DNA of 64,000 bases from Steroidobacteraceae bacterium. GTDB taxonomy: Bacteria > Pseudomonadota > Gammaproteobacteria > Steroidobacterales > Steroidobacteraceae. This document shows, one piece after another, positions 41,799 to 50,132 of the stretch. Under the pieces are notes generated by a model that ran no database searches, had not been told where the DNA came from, and saw nothing but the letters and a program-made list of their open reading frames with translations. Position numbers and translations under genes: made by a program. The first letter of the stretch is position 1. Every line of letters starts with the position of its first letter. Where the stretch lies: positions 27,808-91,807 of the forward strand of contig JBJMWM010000026.1 in NCBI GenBank assembly GCA_045810105.1, read 5' to 3'.

Positions 41799-43255
41799 GC
41801 TGAATACTCCACGAAAGTGTGCTTGAGATCCTGATACAGCCGCACGAAAGTGCGGCGGCGGTTAGCCAACAGCGATGCCAGTGCGGCGTCCGGTTGGACC
41901 ACTCGTCCGATGGGTGGCGCTGCACATACGTCCTGCGTGCTGGCACCACCAAGGGCGAGACGCGCAAGCCGGGCGGCGCCCAGTGCCGCTCCCACTTCGC
42001 CCCCCACCCGGTAGGTCAATGGCCGATTGAGTGCGGCTGCGAGTAGTTCGCCCCAATACGGCAGGCGCGCGCCGCCCCCCGTAACACTGATCTCCCCGAT
42101 CGTCCCTCCCTTTTCCAACAGCACGTCGAGACCGTCGGCGAACGCAAGGGCAACACCTTCCAGGACCGCGGATGTAAGATCCGCGGCTTCGGTGTCCGCG
42201 CGGATGCCGAAGAAGACTCCACGGGCATCCGGGTCATTGTGCGGCGTGCGCTCGCCCGAGAGATACGGCAGAAAGATGGGGGAATGGCGGCTGACGCCCC
42301 GGGCTTTGGCACGCTCAACGAGACGCGGGAGATCCTGTTCGCCTGTCAGTTGCGCAACCCAATCCAGTACGCTCGCAGCACTCAACATGACCGACATCTG
42401 GTGCCAGGTGTTGGGGAGGCAATGGCAAAAGGCGTGGGCGGCCCGCTCGGGATTGGGACGGAAACTGTCTGTCACCACAAACAGCACGCCGGAGGTACCC
42501 AGCGACAGGAATGCCTGGCCGGCTGACACCACACCCAAACCCACCGCGCTGGCGGCATTGTCGCCGCCGCCACCCGCTACTACGACTCGCGGCAGCTGTA
42601 GCTGCTCCGCCGCGGCAGCCGTGATCGAACCAGTGCCTCCTGTGCCCTCCACCAAACCTGGCATATGCGCCCGAGTCAGGCCCGTTGCCTCGAGCAACGC
42701 ATCCGACCAGTCGCGTTTGCCCACATTCAACCAAGCCGTTCCGGAGGCGTCGGACATGTCGCTGACCTTCTCGCCGGTCAGCTTAAGCCGTATATAGTCC
42801 TTCGGTAGCAACACGCTGGCCGTGCGCCGAAATGTTTCCGGTTCGTGGTTCGATACCCACAACAACTTCGGCGCAGTGAACCCCGGCATGATGATGTTGC
42901 CGGTAATGGCGCGCGCCGCGGGCACGCGGCGTTCGAGCTCCAGGCACTCGTGTGCCGACCGCCCGTCATTCCAGAGTATGGCCGGGCGCAACGGCCGGTC
43001 TTTGTCGTCCAGAAGGGTCGCCCCGTGCATCTGCCCGCTCAGGCCCACGGCTCGGACCGCTGCGCGCGGACCGCTCGGCAAAGCTCTCACAGCGTTGACC
43101 GTTGCCTGCCACCACGCCTCCGGGTCCTGTTCGCAGAACCCCGGCTGAGGCCGGCTTACGACAAGAGCATCGGACGCCTGCCCCACGATGACGCCGCTGT
43201 CGTCCACCAACACGGCTTTCACGCTCGAGGTGCCGATATCTATTCCCAGGTACAC
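41795..43255 (-). CDS. xylB: xylulokinase
   Basis: FGGY kinase N-terminus YLGIDIGTSSVKAVL. ATGA overlap with the xylA start. GTG start. Confidence 0.9.
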   Translation of the reverse strand: MYLGIDIGTSSVKAVLVDDSGVIVGQASDALVVSRPQPGFCEQDPEAWWQATVNAVRALPSGPRAAVRAVGLSGQMHGATLLDDKDRPLRPAILWNDGRSAHECLELERRVPAARAITGNIIMPGFTAPKLLWVSNHEPETFRRTASVLLPKDYIRLKLTGEKVSDMSDASGTAWLNVGKRDWSDALLEATGLTRAHMPGLVEGTGGTGSITAAAAEQLQLPRVVVAGGGGDNAASAVGLGVVSAGQAFLSLGTSGVLFVVTDSFRPNPERAAHAFCHCLPNTWHQMSVMLSAASVLDWVAQLTGEQDLPRLVERAKARGVSRHSPIFLPYLSGERTPHNDPDARGVFFGIRADTEAADLTSAVLEGVALAFADGLDVLLEKGGTIGEISVTGGGARLPYWGELLAAALNRPLTYRVGGEVGAALGAARLARLALGGASTQDVCAAPPIGRVVQPDAALASLLANRRRTFVRLYQDLKHTFVEYSA

Positions 43256-43535
43256 CTGACTTGCTCCAAACGTAGACTGCTCTCAAATTGCGAATCGCCC
43301 GCCGGGGGACTATCTGCGGCTTGCCGCCGGGTCACGGCTGGGCGCACCTGGATGGCGGGACGAGTGGCCGTGGCGCCGACCCACTGTTAACCGCGTCGCC
43401 TGGGTTGTGCAGGCGCACAACGCCCACCGCCGTTTCAGGGCGTCATGCCAACGGCCGGCGAGGTGTTGTTTTCGTACCTGGCCCCCCTTTGCCAAACGTC
43501 TCGGTGCCGGCACCAGCCAGTGCACCACAATGACG

Positions 43536-43565
43536 ATGGTAGCGCTATCACGAAGCGGGCGTCAA
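43536..43565 (-). promoter_or_regulatory. candidate xylBA promoter (TTGACG-18 bp-TACCAT on minus strand) with overlapping LacI-type operator TGGTAGCGCTATCA (43537-43550)
   Basis: The operator shares the TAGCGCTA core with O1 and O2. It overlaps the -10 hexamer. It lies about 280 bp upstream of the xylB start. Confidence 0.5.
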
Positions 43566-43635
43566 TTCGGGGCAGCACCTAATTTTGGCCCGCACACCCG
43601 GGGAATTACGCGCTTGCGGGGCCTGGGGGCCGCGG

Positions 43636-44673
43636 TCAGAGGGCGGCCGAAGAGTCCCGCTTGACGAGGGTGAAATTCATGAAGTGCTGCAGGGGTTCGA
43701 GCGTCTCGCCGAGGCGGCGGCGCCGGATCTCCTCCAGGAGCAGCTCCACGGCCTTGCGGGCCATTGCGGCCACCGGCTGGCGTATGGTCGTCAATGCGGG
43801 CCAGATGGTCGTGGCGAGCGGCGTGTCATCAAAACCCGCGATGGTCAGGTCTTTTGGCACGTCCAGGCGTACGCGATGAGCGGCGGCAATCGCCGCGGCG
43901 GCCATGTCATCGTTGCTTGCGAATATAGCCGTCGGTTTGCGTGCCGAGCTGAGCATCTGGTCCGCTGCTACCAGGCCCGAGTGATAGCTGAATGATCCTT
44001 GCTTCACCCACTCGGGGTGCACCGGCACGCCAGCCTCGCGCAGTGCCAGCTCGAAACCGGCGCGCCGTTGGGCACTGACAGTCTGGTTTGCAGCGCCCAC
44101 TATGAGGCCGATGTCGCGGTGGCCGAGGGACAGGAGATAACGAGTCATGGCCGCGGCCGCTTCCAGGTCATCGATACGCACCGACAGCCCCGATTCCTCC
44201 GCGCGTCCGGTAGCCACCGCGACGAAGGGGATCTTGGCAGCGCGCAGGGCCTCGAGCGCGATGTTGGAATCTGACAACGGCGGCGGCAGAATGACACCAC
44301 CGACGCCATCACCCAGGAGCCGCTCAATTGCCGTGCGCTCGTTGCGGGCGCCGCACTTTTCCAGCACGAGCTGACATCCGGCACGGCTGGATTGCTCGAG
44401 AACACCGACCAGCAGCTCGTTCAGGTAAGCCGCGCTGGGGTTGTTGTACAGAAGCCCGATATGAACCGTGGCTGCCCTGGCGAGGTTGCGGGCGGCGACG
44501 TTGGGCGAGTAGCCCAGTTCCTTGATGGCGGCCTGCACCCGTTGGCGCATGTGCTCTTGTACGTGGGCGTCGCCGCTGAGGGCACGCGATACGGTCATTG
44601 GCGAGACACCGGCGTGTTTCGCGACTTCATGCATCGTCACTGCGTTTCGGCGCCTGCGGGGCGTTCTTTTCAC
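43636..44673 (-). CDS. LacI-family transcriptional regulator (XylR-like by context)
   Basis: VTMHEVAKHAGVSPMTVSRAL HTH and a periplasmic-binding-protein-like sugar domain. Only the C-terminal 345 codons of ORF 43636..46122 are protein-like. Start is GTG 44673; GTG 44640 and ATG 44634 are alternatives. Confidence 0.85.
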   Translation of the reverse strand: MKRTPRRRRNAVTMHEVAKHAGVSPMTVSRALSGDAHVQEHMRQRVQAAIKELGYSPNVAARNLARAATVHIGLLYNNPSAAYLNELLVGVLEQSSRAGCQLVLEKCGARNERTAIERLLGDGVGGVILPPPLSDSNIALEALRAAKIPFVAVATGRAEESGLSVRIDDLEAAAAMTRYLLSLGHRDIGLIVGAANQTVSAQRRAGFELALREAGVPVHPEWVKQGSFSYHSGLVAADQMLSSARKPTAIFASNDDMAAAAIAAAHRVRLDVPKDLTIAGFDDTPLATTIWPALTTIRQPVAAMARKAVELLLEEIRRRRLGETLEPLQHFMNFTLVKRDSSAAL

Positions 44674-44802
44674 TTCTGACCTCAGCGCTGTTCGATGCCG
44701 CCCATTGTAGCAAGCGCGCGCGTCCACTCCGGCGCCTGGATTTGAACTTTGTAGCAGACAGCCGCACACTGCGCAGCCTGCCGCATTAGACTTAAGTGGA
44801 CG

Positions 44803-45906
44803 ATGGATATGGCCACACGTCGCAAGTTCGTCATGCAAGCTGCCGCCCTCGCCGCGGCGCCTTTCATCAGCACCACGGTGACCCGCGCGCTGGCCGCCGC
44901 GTCCAAAAAGAAACTGGGCTTCGCCCTGTGCGGTCTGGGCAGTCTGAGCACCGGGCAGATTGCCCCGGCGCTGCAGAAAACGGCCAATTGCCGCCTGGCC
45001 GGCATCATCACCGGCACGCCCGCGAAGGCGGTCCAATGGAAAGCGCAGTACAACATTCCCGCTCGGAACATCTACAACTACGAGAGCATGCATCGCATTG
45101 CCGACAACCCGGACATCGATGTCGTGTACGTGGTGACACCCAATGGCTTGCATCTGGACCATGCGCTCCTCGCCGCGAAGGCAGGCAAGCACGTGTTCTG
45201 CGAAAAGCCGATGGAGATCTCCGTGGCGCGCTGTCAACAGATGATCGATGCTGTCAAAGCAGCCGATCGGGTACTCGGGATCGGGTACCGGTGCCAGTTT
45301 GAGCCACACCACCTGGAGTGCATGCGGATTGCGCGCGAGCGCGAGTTTGGCGCAGTCAAAGTAATCGATGCGCACTTTGGCTACAACAGCCCTCCAGGGG
45401 TATGGCGCTTGAACCGCGCGCTCGCCGGCGGGGGCCCGTTGATGGACGTGGGGATCTATGCCTTGCAGGCAACCAGGTATCTGACCGGCGAGGAGCCCGC
45501 GTGGGTCTCGGCCACGACGACCCAGGGCGATCGCGCGCGCTTCGCGGAAGTCGAGGAGTCGGTACTCTGGGAAACGAAGTTTCCCGGGGGCGCAGTCAGT
45601 CACTGCAGCAGCAGCTACAACGCCGCCGGAGTCGGTTACTTTCGCGTACTCGCGGAGCGCGGTTGGTTTGGTTTGGATCCCGCGTTCAACTATGGCGGGC
45701 TGCACGGCATGCGTAGTGATGGTAAAGCGATTGAATTTGCGGCCACTGACCAGTTCGCCGTCGAGATGGATGACTTTGCCCGCTGCATCCTGGAAAAAAC
45801 ACCCACGCGGGTACCTGGAGAAGAAGGCCTGCGTGATGTGAAGCTCATGATGGCCATTTACGAGTCGGCGCGGACGGGCAAGCCCGTGGAGTTGCGCAGC
45901 GCCTGA
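44803..45906 (+). CDS. Gfo/Idh/MocA family oxidoreductase with twin-arginine signal peptide
   Basis: Tat motif TRRKFVMQAAALAAAP. Rossmann GFALCGLGSLSTGQIAPAL. EKP motif FCEKPM. Confidence 0.85.
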   Translation: MDMATRRKFVMQAAALAAAPFISTTVTRALAAASKKKLGFALCGLGSLSTGQIAPALQKTANCRLAGIITGTPAKAVQWKAQYNIPARNIYNYESMHRIADNPDIDVVYVVTPNGLHLDHALLAAKAGKHVFCEKPMEISVARCQQMIDAVKAADRVLGIGYRCQFEPHHLECMRIAREREFGAVKVIDAHFGYNSPPGVWRLNRALAGGGPLMDVGIYALQATRYLTGEEPAWVSATTTQGDRARFAEVEESVLWETKFPGGAVSHCSSSYNAAGVGYFRVLAERGWFGLDPAFNYGGLHGMRSDGKAIEFAATDQFAVEMDDFARCILEKTPTRVPGEEGLRDVKLMMAIYESARTGKPVELRSA

Positions 45907-45945
45907 GAGCGGGCCTGCGAGGGCGGGCCTCGTGGCACTGGCGCC

Positions 45946-46091
45946 GCACTGCTGGCCTCGCACTGCTGGTCTCGCACTGCTGGTCTCGCACCGCTGGCCC
46001 GCACCGCTGGCCCGCACCGCTGGCCCGCACCGCTGGCCCGCACCGCTGGCCCGCATCGCTGGCCCGCACCGCTGGCCCGCATCGCTGGCCC
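45946..46091. repeat. tandem repeat: 3 x 14 bp (GCACTGCTGGYCTC) then 8 x 13 bp (GCAYCGCTGGCCC)
   Basis: Unit boundaries were counted directly. The unit length is not a multiple of 3. It is intergenic, between the oxidoreductase stop (45906) and the kinase-like gene start (46200). Confidence 0.9.
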
Positions 46092-46199
46092 CGCGGCGTG
46101 GCCTCGCCGCCCTCCCTTTCATCTGCGGCCACTGCGCCTTATCCAGTGATATCTTTGCGTGTTCTTGCGGGCTTGGATCAGGGGACGGCGGTGGTGGCG

Positions 46200-47891
46200 A
46201 TGACTGAGGTGTGGACTCGATGGGAAGGTCAGGTGGTCAACGGAATTTATCCGTTGCGCCGCTTTCTGAATGCGTCCGACCACAGTTCGGTATTTCTCAC
46301 CGAATCCACGACCGAAGGCTTTCTCAACGCAGCGATCAAGCTCGTCCCGGCCGACCCGGAGCTTACCGCGGTGCAGCTGTGGCACTGGAAGACGGCCGCC
46401 ACCTTCTCGCATCCACATCTCATCCGGCTCCTCGATGCGGGCCAGTGCGAAATCGAAGGGCGACCGCTGCTGTTCGTTGTAATGGAATATGCTGAAGAGA
46501 GCCTCTCCCAGATTCTTCCCTATCGTGCCCTGGAGGCGGGCGAGGTGCGGGAATTGTTGGTCCCCACGCTCGATGCGCTCGCTTTTCTGCATCGCGAGAA
46601 CTGGGTGCAGGGTCAGCTCAAGCCGTCGAACTTTCTGGTCGTCAACGATCAACTGAAGCTCGCGAGCGACACCATCCGCCCTGTGGGAGTTGCCATAGAG
46701 AGAGGTGCTCGCCGCTCTGTGTACGATTCTCCCGAAACGGAACGCGGCAAGGTATCCGCCGCCGCGGACGTCTGGGCTCTCGGCGTAACCTTGATAGAGG
46801 CGCTCACTCAGTATCCTCCAGCGGGACTCGAGTCCGGCGCCCCTTCCCTGCCGCCGAATCTGCCATCAGAATTAGCGGATACGCTGCAGCGTTGTTTGAG
46901 CCCCGACCCAGCCGATCGGCCAACAATTGCCGATCTGCAGGCACGGACAAGGCCGACACCTGCCGTGCAAGACGGCAACCTGGCCTCATCGGCGCAACCG
47001 GCCACACCAGGCCGGCCGGAGTCAGCAGGCCGTGCAGAGTCAACTGCCCGAGCGCAGGCATCAGCCGGCGCGGAGCCAACGACCCGAGCGCAGGCATCAA
47101 CCCGCGCGGAGCCAACGACCCGGGTGGAGGCATTACCCCGCGCGGAGCCAACGGTTCGAGTCGAGACACCCCGCGCGGCGGCATCGGCCCGAGCGGCGCC
47201 ACTGGGATCGGAGCCTCAACCGGAATCCGCCAGACGTGCGACGGCGCATGCCTATTCGCCTTCTTTCGAGCCAGCCAAGCGCAGCTTTGCAACGCCGACC
47301 AATGCAGCAGCCTTGCTCGTCGTGCTGTTGGCTGCATGGGGCGCTACACGCCTGTTTCACGGGCATTCCAAAAGCCAGCGATCCGCTGATGGGACTTCGT
47401 TCCAGCAGAGTGCCGCGCCCGCTTCCTCCGACCAGCCGCCGCCCGCGCCTGCTGCCGCGCCCCCATCGGAACCGTCCACAATGCAACAGCCCGCACCGCG
47501 ATCATCAGCATCGTCGGCGCAGCGCTCAGCCTCCCAACCCGCCGTGCCGCACCATGCTCCCGAATCCGCCGCGCAACGCCGGCACTCGGCGGCGAATACC
47601 TCCTCGGCGGTAGTTCACGAGGAGATTCCCGAAGTTCCGCAAAGCGCACGCGAAACTATTCGCGGCCGCGTCAAGGTGGCGGTGCGGGTGACTGTGGACA
47701 GATCGGGCAATGTCGTCCGCGATAAGTTCGAAAATGCCGGGCCGAGCAGGTACTTCAGCCGCCTGGCGAGCGAAGCGGCCCGCAAATGGAAGTTCACATC
47801 CGCGGATAACGAGGGCTCGCGGGAGTGGCTGTTGCGGTTTGAATTCGGGCGGGACGGCACTACCGTGCACGCAGTCCGGGCGCGGTCCTAG
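46200..47891 (+). CDS. Ser/Thr-kinase-fold pseudokinase with Ala/Pro-rich repeat linker, TM helix and TonB_C-like C-terminal domain
   Basis: The kinase fold is recognisable (AAIKLV Lys, SPE, DVWALGVTL, DPADRP). HRD is replaced by QGQ (WVQGQLKPSN), DFG by ASD, and there is no Gly-rich loop. The C-terminus PQSARETIRGRVKVAVRVTVDRSGNV...ARKWKF is TonB_C-like. Confidence 0.75.
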   Translation: MTEVWTRWEGQVVNGIYPLRRFLNASDHSSVFLTESTTEGFLNAAIKLVPADPELTAVQLWHWKTAATFSHPHLIRLLDAGQCEIEGRPLLFVVMEYAEESLSQILPYRALEAGEVRELLVPTLDALAFLHRENWVQGQLKPSNFLVVNDQLKLASDTIRPVGVAIERGARRSVYDSPETERGKVSAAADVWALGVTLIEALTQYPPAGLESGAPSLPPNLPSELADTLQRCLSPDPADRPTIADLQARTRPTPAVQDGNLASSAQPATPGRPESAGRAESTARAQASAGAEPTTRAQASTRAEPTTRVEALPRAEPTVRVETPRAAASARAAPLGSEPQPESARRATAHAYSPSFEPAKRSFATPTNAAALLVVLLAAWGATRLFHGHSKSQRSADGTSFQQSAAPASSDQPPPAPAAAPPSEPSTMQQPAPRSSASSAQRSASQPAVPHHAPESAAQRRHSAANTSSAVVHEEIPEVPQSARETIRGRVKVAVRVTVDRSGNVVRDKFENAGPSRYFSRLASEAARKWKFTSADNEGSREWLLRFEFGRDGTTVHAVRARS

Positions 47892-47959
47892 CACTGCGCG
47901 GGAAGCGAATCGCGCTGCATCGCTACCGCAACTTCCACGCGGCTCAGCGACACCTGCTG

Positions 47960-49171
47960 CTAGCGCGGCCTGGTGATCGCAGCGGGCAAGATCCAGCGGC
48001 CAACGCACAGCCCGCCGATCGCCGCCAGGGTCGAGCCTATCAACACTGCCAGCTTCGCCGTCGCGAGCAACTCATTGGTAAACGCCAGGTTGCAAACAAA
48101 CAGCGACATCGTAAAGCCGATTCCGCCCAGACAACCAACAACCGCAAAGCGCCGCAGATCTACACCTGCAGGCAGCGCGCACCAGCCGAGCTTTATCCCT
48201 ATGGCCGCCGCCAGAATGATTCCAATGGGCTTACCGATCACCAGGCCTGCGGCGATTCCAGCGGCGAGCCGCACGGCCGTCGGCAGATCCGACGTGAGCG
48301 CATGAAGAGCCACGCCAGCGTTGGCCAGCGCAAACAGCGGCATGATCCCGAATTCTACCCAGGGACGAATAGCATCTTCCGCATGTACCGCGGAGCCACC
48401 GGGAATCAGTAATCCCAGTATCACGCCAGTCAATGCCGGGTGGATGCCGGCGTGTAGCAACCCTATCCAGATTGCCACGCCCGGCAGCGCATAAAGCACT
48501 ACCCAACGCGAGCCGATGACTCGAAGCAGCAGGCCCGCCCCGATTCCAGCGCCAGCAATGCCGAGCCCGCCAATGCCGATGCCGTCGGCATAGAAGAACG
48601 CGATCACCAGGATGGCCACGATGTCATCGATGACCGCAATGGCGAGCAACAGAGCGCGCAACGCGGGGTGAGCGCGCCGGCGTAAAAATGAGAACACCGC
48701 AATCGCGAAAGCAATATCGGTGGCGGTCGGAATGGCCCAGCCGCGGCGCACGGACGCATCCGGATTGAGAGCCAGGTAGATCAACGCTGGCAAAATGACC
48801 CCGCCGAGTGCCGACACCAAAGGCAATGCCGCCAACCTGACCGAGCGCAGGTCCCCTGCAATGAACTCCCGGTGAATCTCGAGCCCGACGGCCAGGAAGA
48901 AGACCGCCATCAAGCCCTCGTTGACCCAGAAGTGCAGCGACCCTGAAATGCAGAGCGCGCCCGTGCCCAGGGTGAGCGGCAACGCCCACAGGCGCTGATA
49001 TTCGGGTTCCCAGGAGGAATTAGCCCAGAGCAACGCGGCAATGGTCGCTGCGAGCAGCAGCAGACTACTGCCGGCTTCCGACCGGAAAACGAGCTCGGAC
49101 AACCGTGATGGCGGTGCTGATCGTTGGGACAAAGTCAATCCACAGCTACAGTTCCAGGAGCGCGTTCGCAA
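47960..49171 (-). CDS. nhaA: Na+/H+ antiporter NhaA
   Basis: FFLAVGLEIHRE, AIAVIDDIVAIL and other NhaA signature segments. The start codon is uncertain, with several in-frame TTG candidates between 49171 and about 49100. Confidence 0.85.
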   Translation of the reverse strand: MRTRSWNCSCGLTLSQRSAPPSRLSELVFRSEAGSSLLLLAATIAALLWANSSWEPEYQRLWALPLTLGTGALCISGSLHFWVNEGLMAVFFLAVGLEIHREFIAGDLRSVRLAALPLVSALGGVILPALIYLALNPDASVRRGWAIPTATDIAFAIAVFSFLRRRAHPALRALLLAIAVIDDIVAILVIAFFYADGIGIGGLGIAGAGIGAGLLLRVIGSRWVVLYALPGVAIWIGLLHAGIHPALTGVILGLLIPGGSAVHAEDAIRPWVEFGIMPLFALANAGVALHALTSDLPTAVRLAAGIAAGLVIGKPIGIILAAAIGIKLGWCALPAGVDLRRFAVVGCLGGIGFTMSLFVCNLAFTNELLATAKLAVLIGSTLAAIGGLCVGRWILPAAITRPR

Positions 49172-49321
49172 CAGTCGTGCGACGCTGCAATCCCAACGCG
49201 CGGCGAATGAATTCGTCGCTCAGGGAACGTAGACGGTGGCGTCAGGCCTGTCAATCTCGAGGGACTGGTCCTCAGCGTTGACCAGCCCCTCCGGGGCCGT
49301 GAACATCAAGTCAGGCAGTGC

Positions 49322-49882
49322 TCACTCATCGCGCACGCCGAAGCTGAATCCACGCCGAATCTCCCCGCGGATCTCGCCGGCTGGAAAAGCAGTCGTGTGC
49401 ACGTTCGCGTAGGTCGTATCGCTCTCCAGGGCATCCACGATCGCCTGGAAATCCCCTGCGGTCACGCCCTGCATCGCGGGTCCCACCACGTTGCCGGCAC
49501 TCAGCGTCCCACTTACTGTCCCACTGTTTGCCGGGCAGGGTTGGGTCCCCGCTGGCGACGTGGCCGGATTGTTCGAGCAGAAGAACACCATGACGCCCCC
49601 GGCCATGTGTATCTTGCCGAAATGGATGTGCGCCTGGGTGACTCCGGAAGCCAGCCCGGAATACTTGAGGACGAACGCCAGCGTTTGATCCGCACGGTTG
49701 AGCCGTAACTCGAGCGTAGCCCGGCCATCCGACAGAATGGCTCCGGTCTGCGCATTGAGTCCACCTACTTCGTTGAAACCCGAAAAGACGGCGTGAAACT
49801 CTTCGCCATGAGGCGCGGCCAGCACGGCCGGCGAAACAGACAGTCCGGACAGGATCGCTCCCAGCAACATCGCACGATACAT
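49322..49882 (-). CDS. CHRD domain-containing secreted protein
   Basis: Signal peptide MYRAMLLGAILSGLSVSPAVLAA. CHRD-like AHIHFGKIHMAGGVMVFFC and HTTAFPAGEIRGEI. ATG 49882 has an AAGGAG Shine-Dalgarno. Confidence 0.75.
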   Translation of the reverse strand: MYRAMLLGAILSGLSVSPAVLAAPHGEEFHAVFSGFNEVGGLNAQTGAILSDGRATLELRLNRADQTLAFVLKYSGLASGVTQAHIHFGKIHMAGGVMVFFCSNNPATSPAGTQPCPANSGTVSGTLSAGNVVGPAMQGVTAGDFQAIVDALESDTTYANVHTTAFPAGEIRGEIRRGFSFGVRDE

Positions 49883-49926
49883 GACTCGCTCCTTTTGCGC
49901 GGGCACTGCCCGCTCACCCTCGCTCC

Positions 49927-49967
49927 CGGGCAACCCGCCCGGGTTGCCCGTGCGGACATGTCCGCAC
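49927..49967. promoter_or_regulatory. two abutting perfect palindromes (CGGGCAACCCG-cc-CGGGTTGCCCG and GTGCGGACATGTCCGCAC)
   Basis: Read directly from the sequence, 45-85 bp upstream of the CHRD start codon. Their function (operator, REP-like element or terminator) is unknown. Confidence 0.35.
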
Positions 49968-50132
49968 CCTTATCATTCAGGTGTATGTGCCGCAGAAAGC
50001 TCCGGAGTGTATACGCGGGATGGAGAAGATTTGGTGCTTCCTGAACACGGTGCCCGTTCCCGGCGTTCCCGGCGTTCCCCGGGGCGAATCGCTACAACAC
50101 TGGCTGTCACCCAGCAGACTGCGGGCAGCAAG

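Noticed and set aside
45946-46091. Possible CRISPR array
   Set aside because: The units are only 13-14 bp and directly abut one another with no spacers, and there are no cas genes in the window. It is a simple VNTR.
43636-46122. 828-aa minus-strand ORF
   Set aside because: Only the C-terminal 345 codons form a LacI-family regulator. The remainder runs antisense through the Tat-signal oxidoreductase gene and the 13/14-bp VNTR (giving GQRCGPAVRAS repeats) and is not protein-like.
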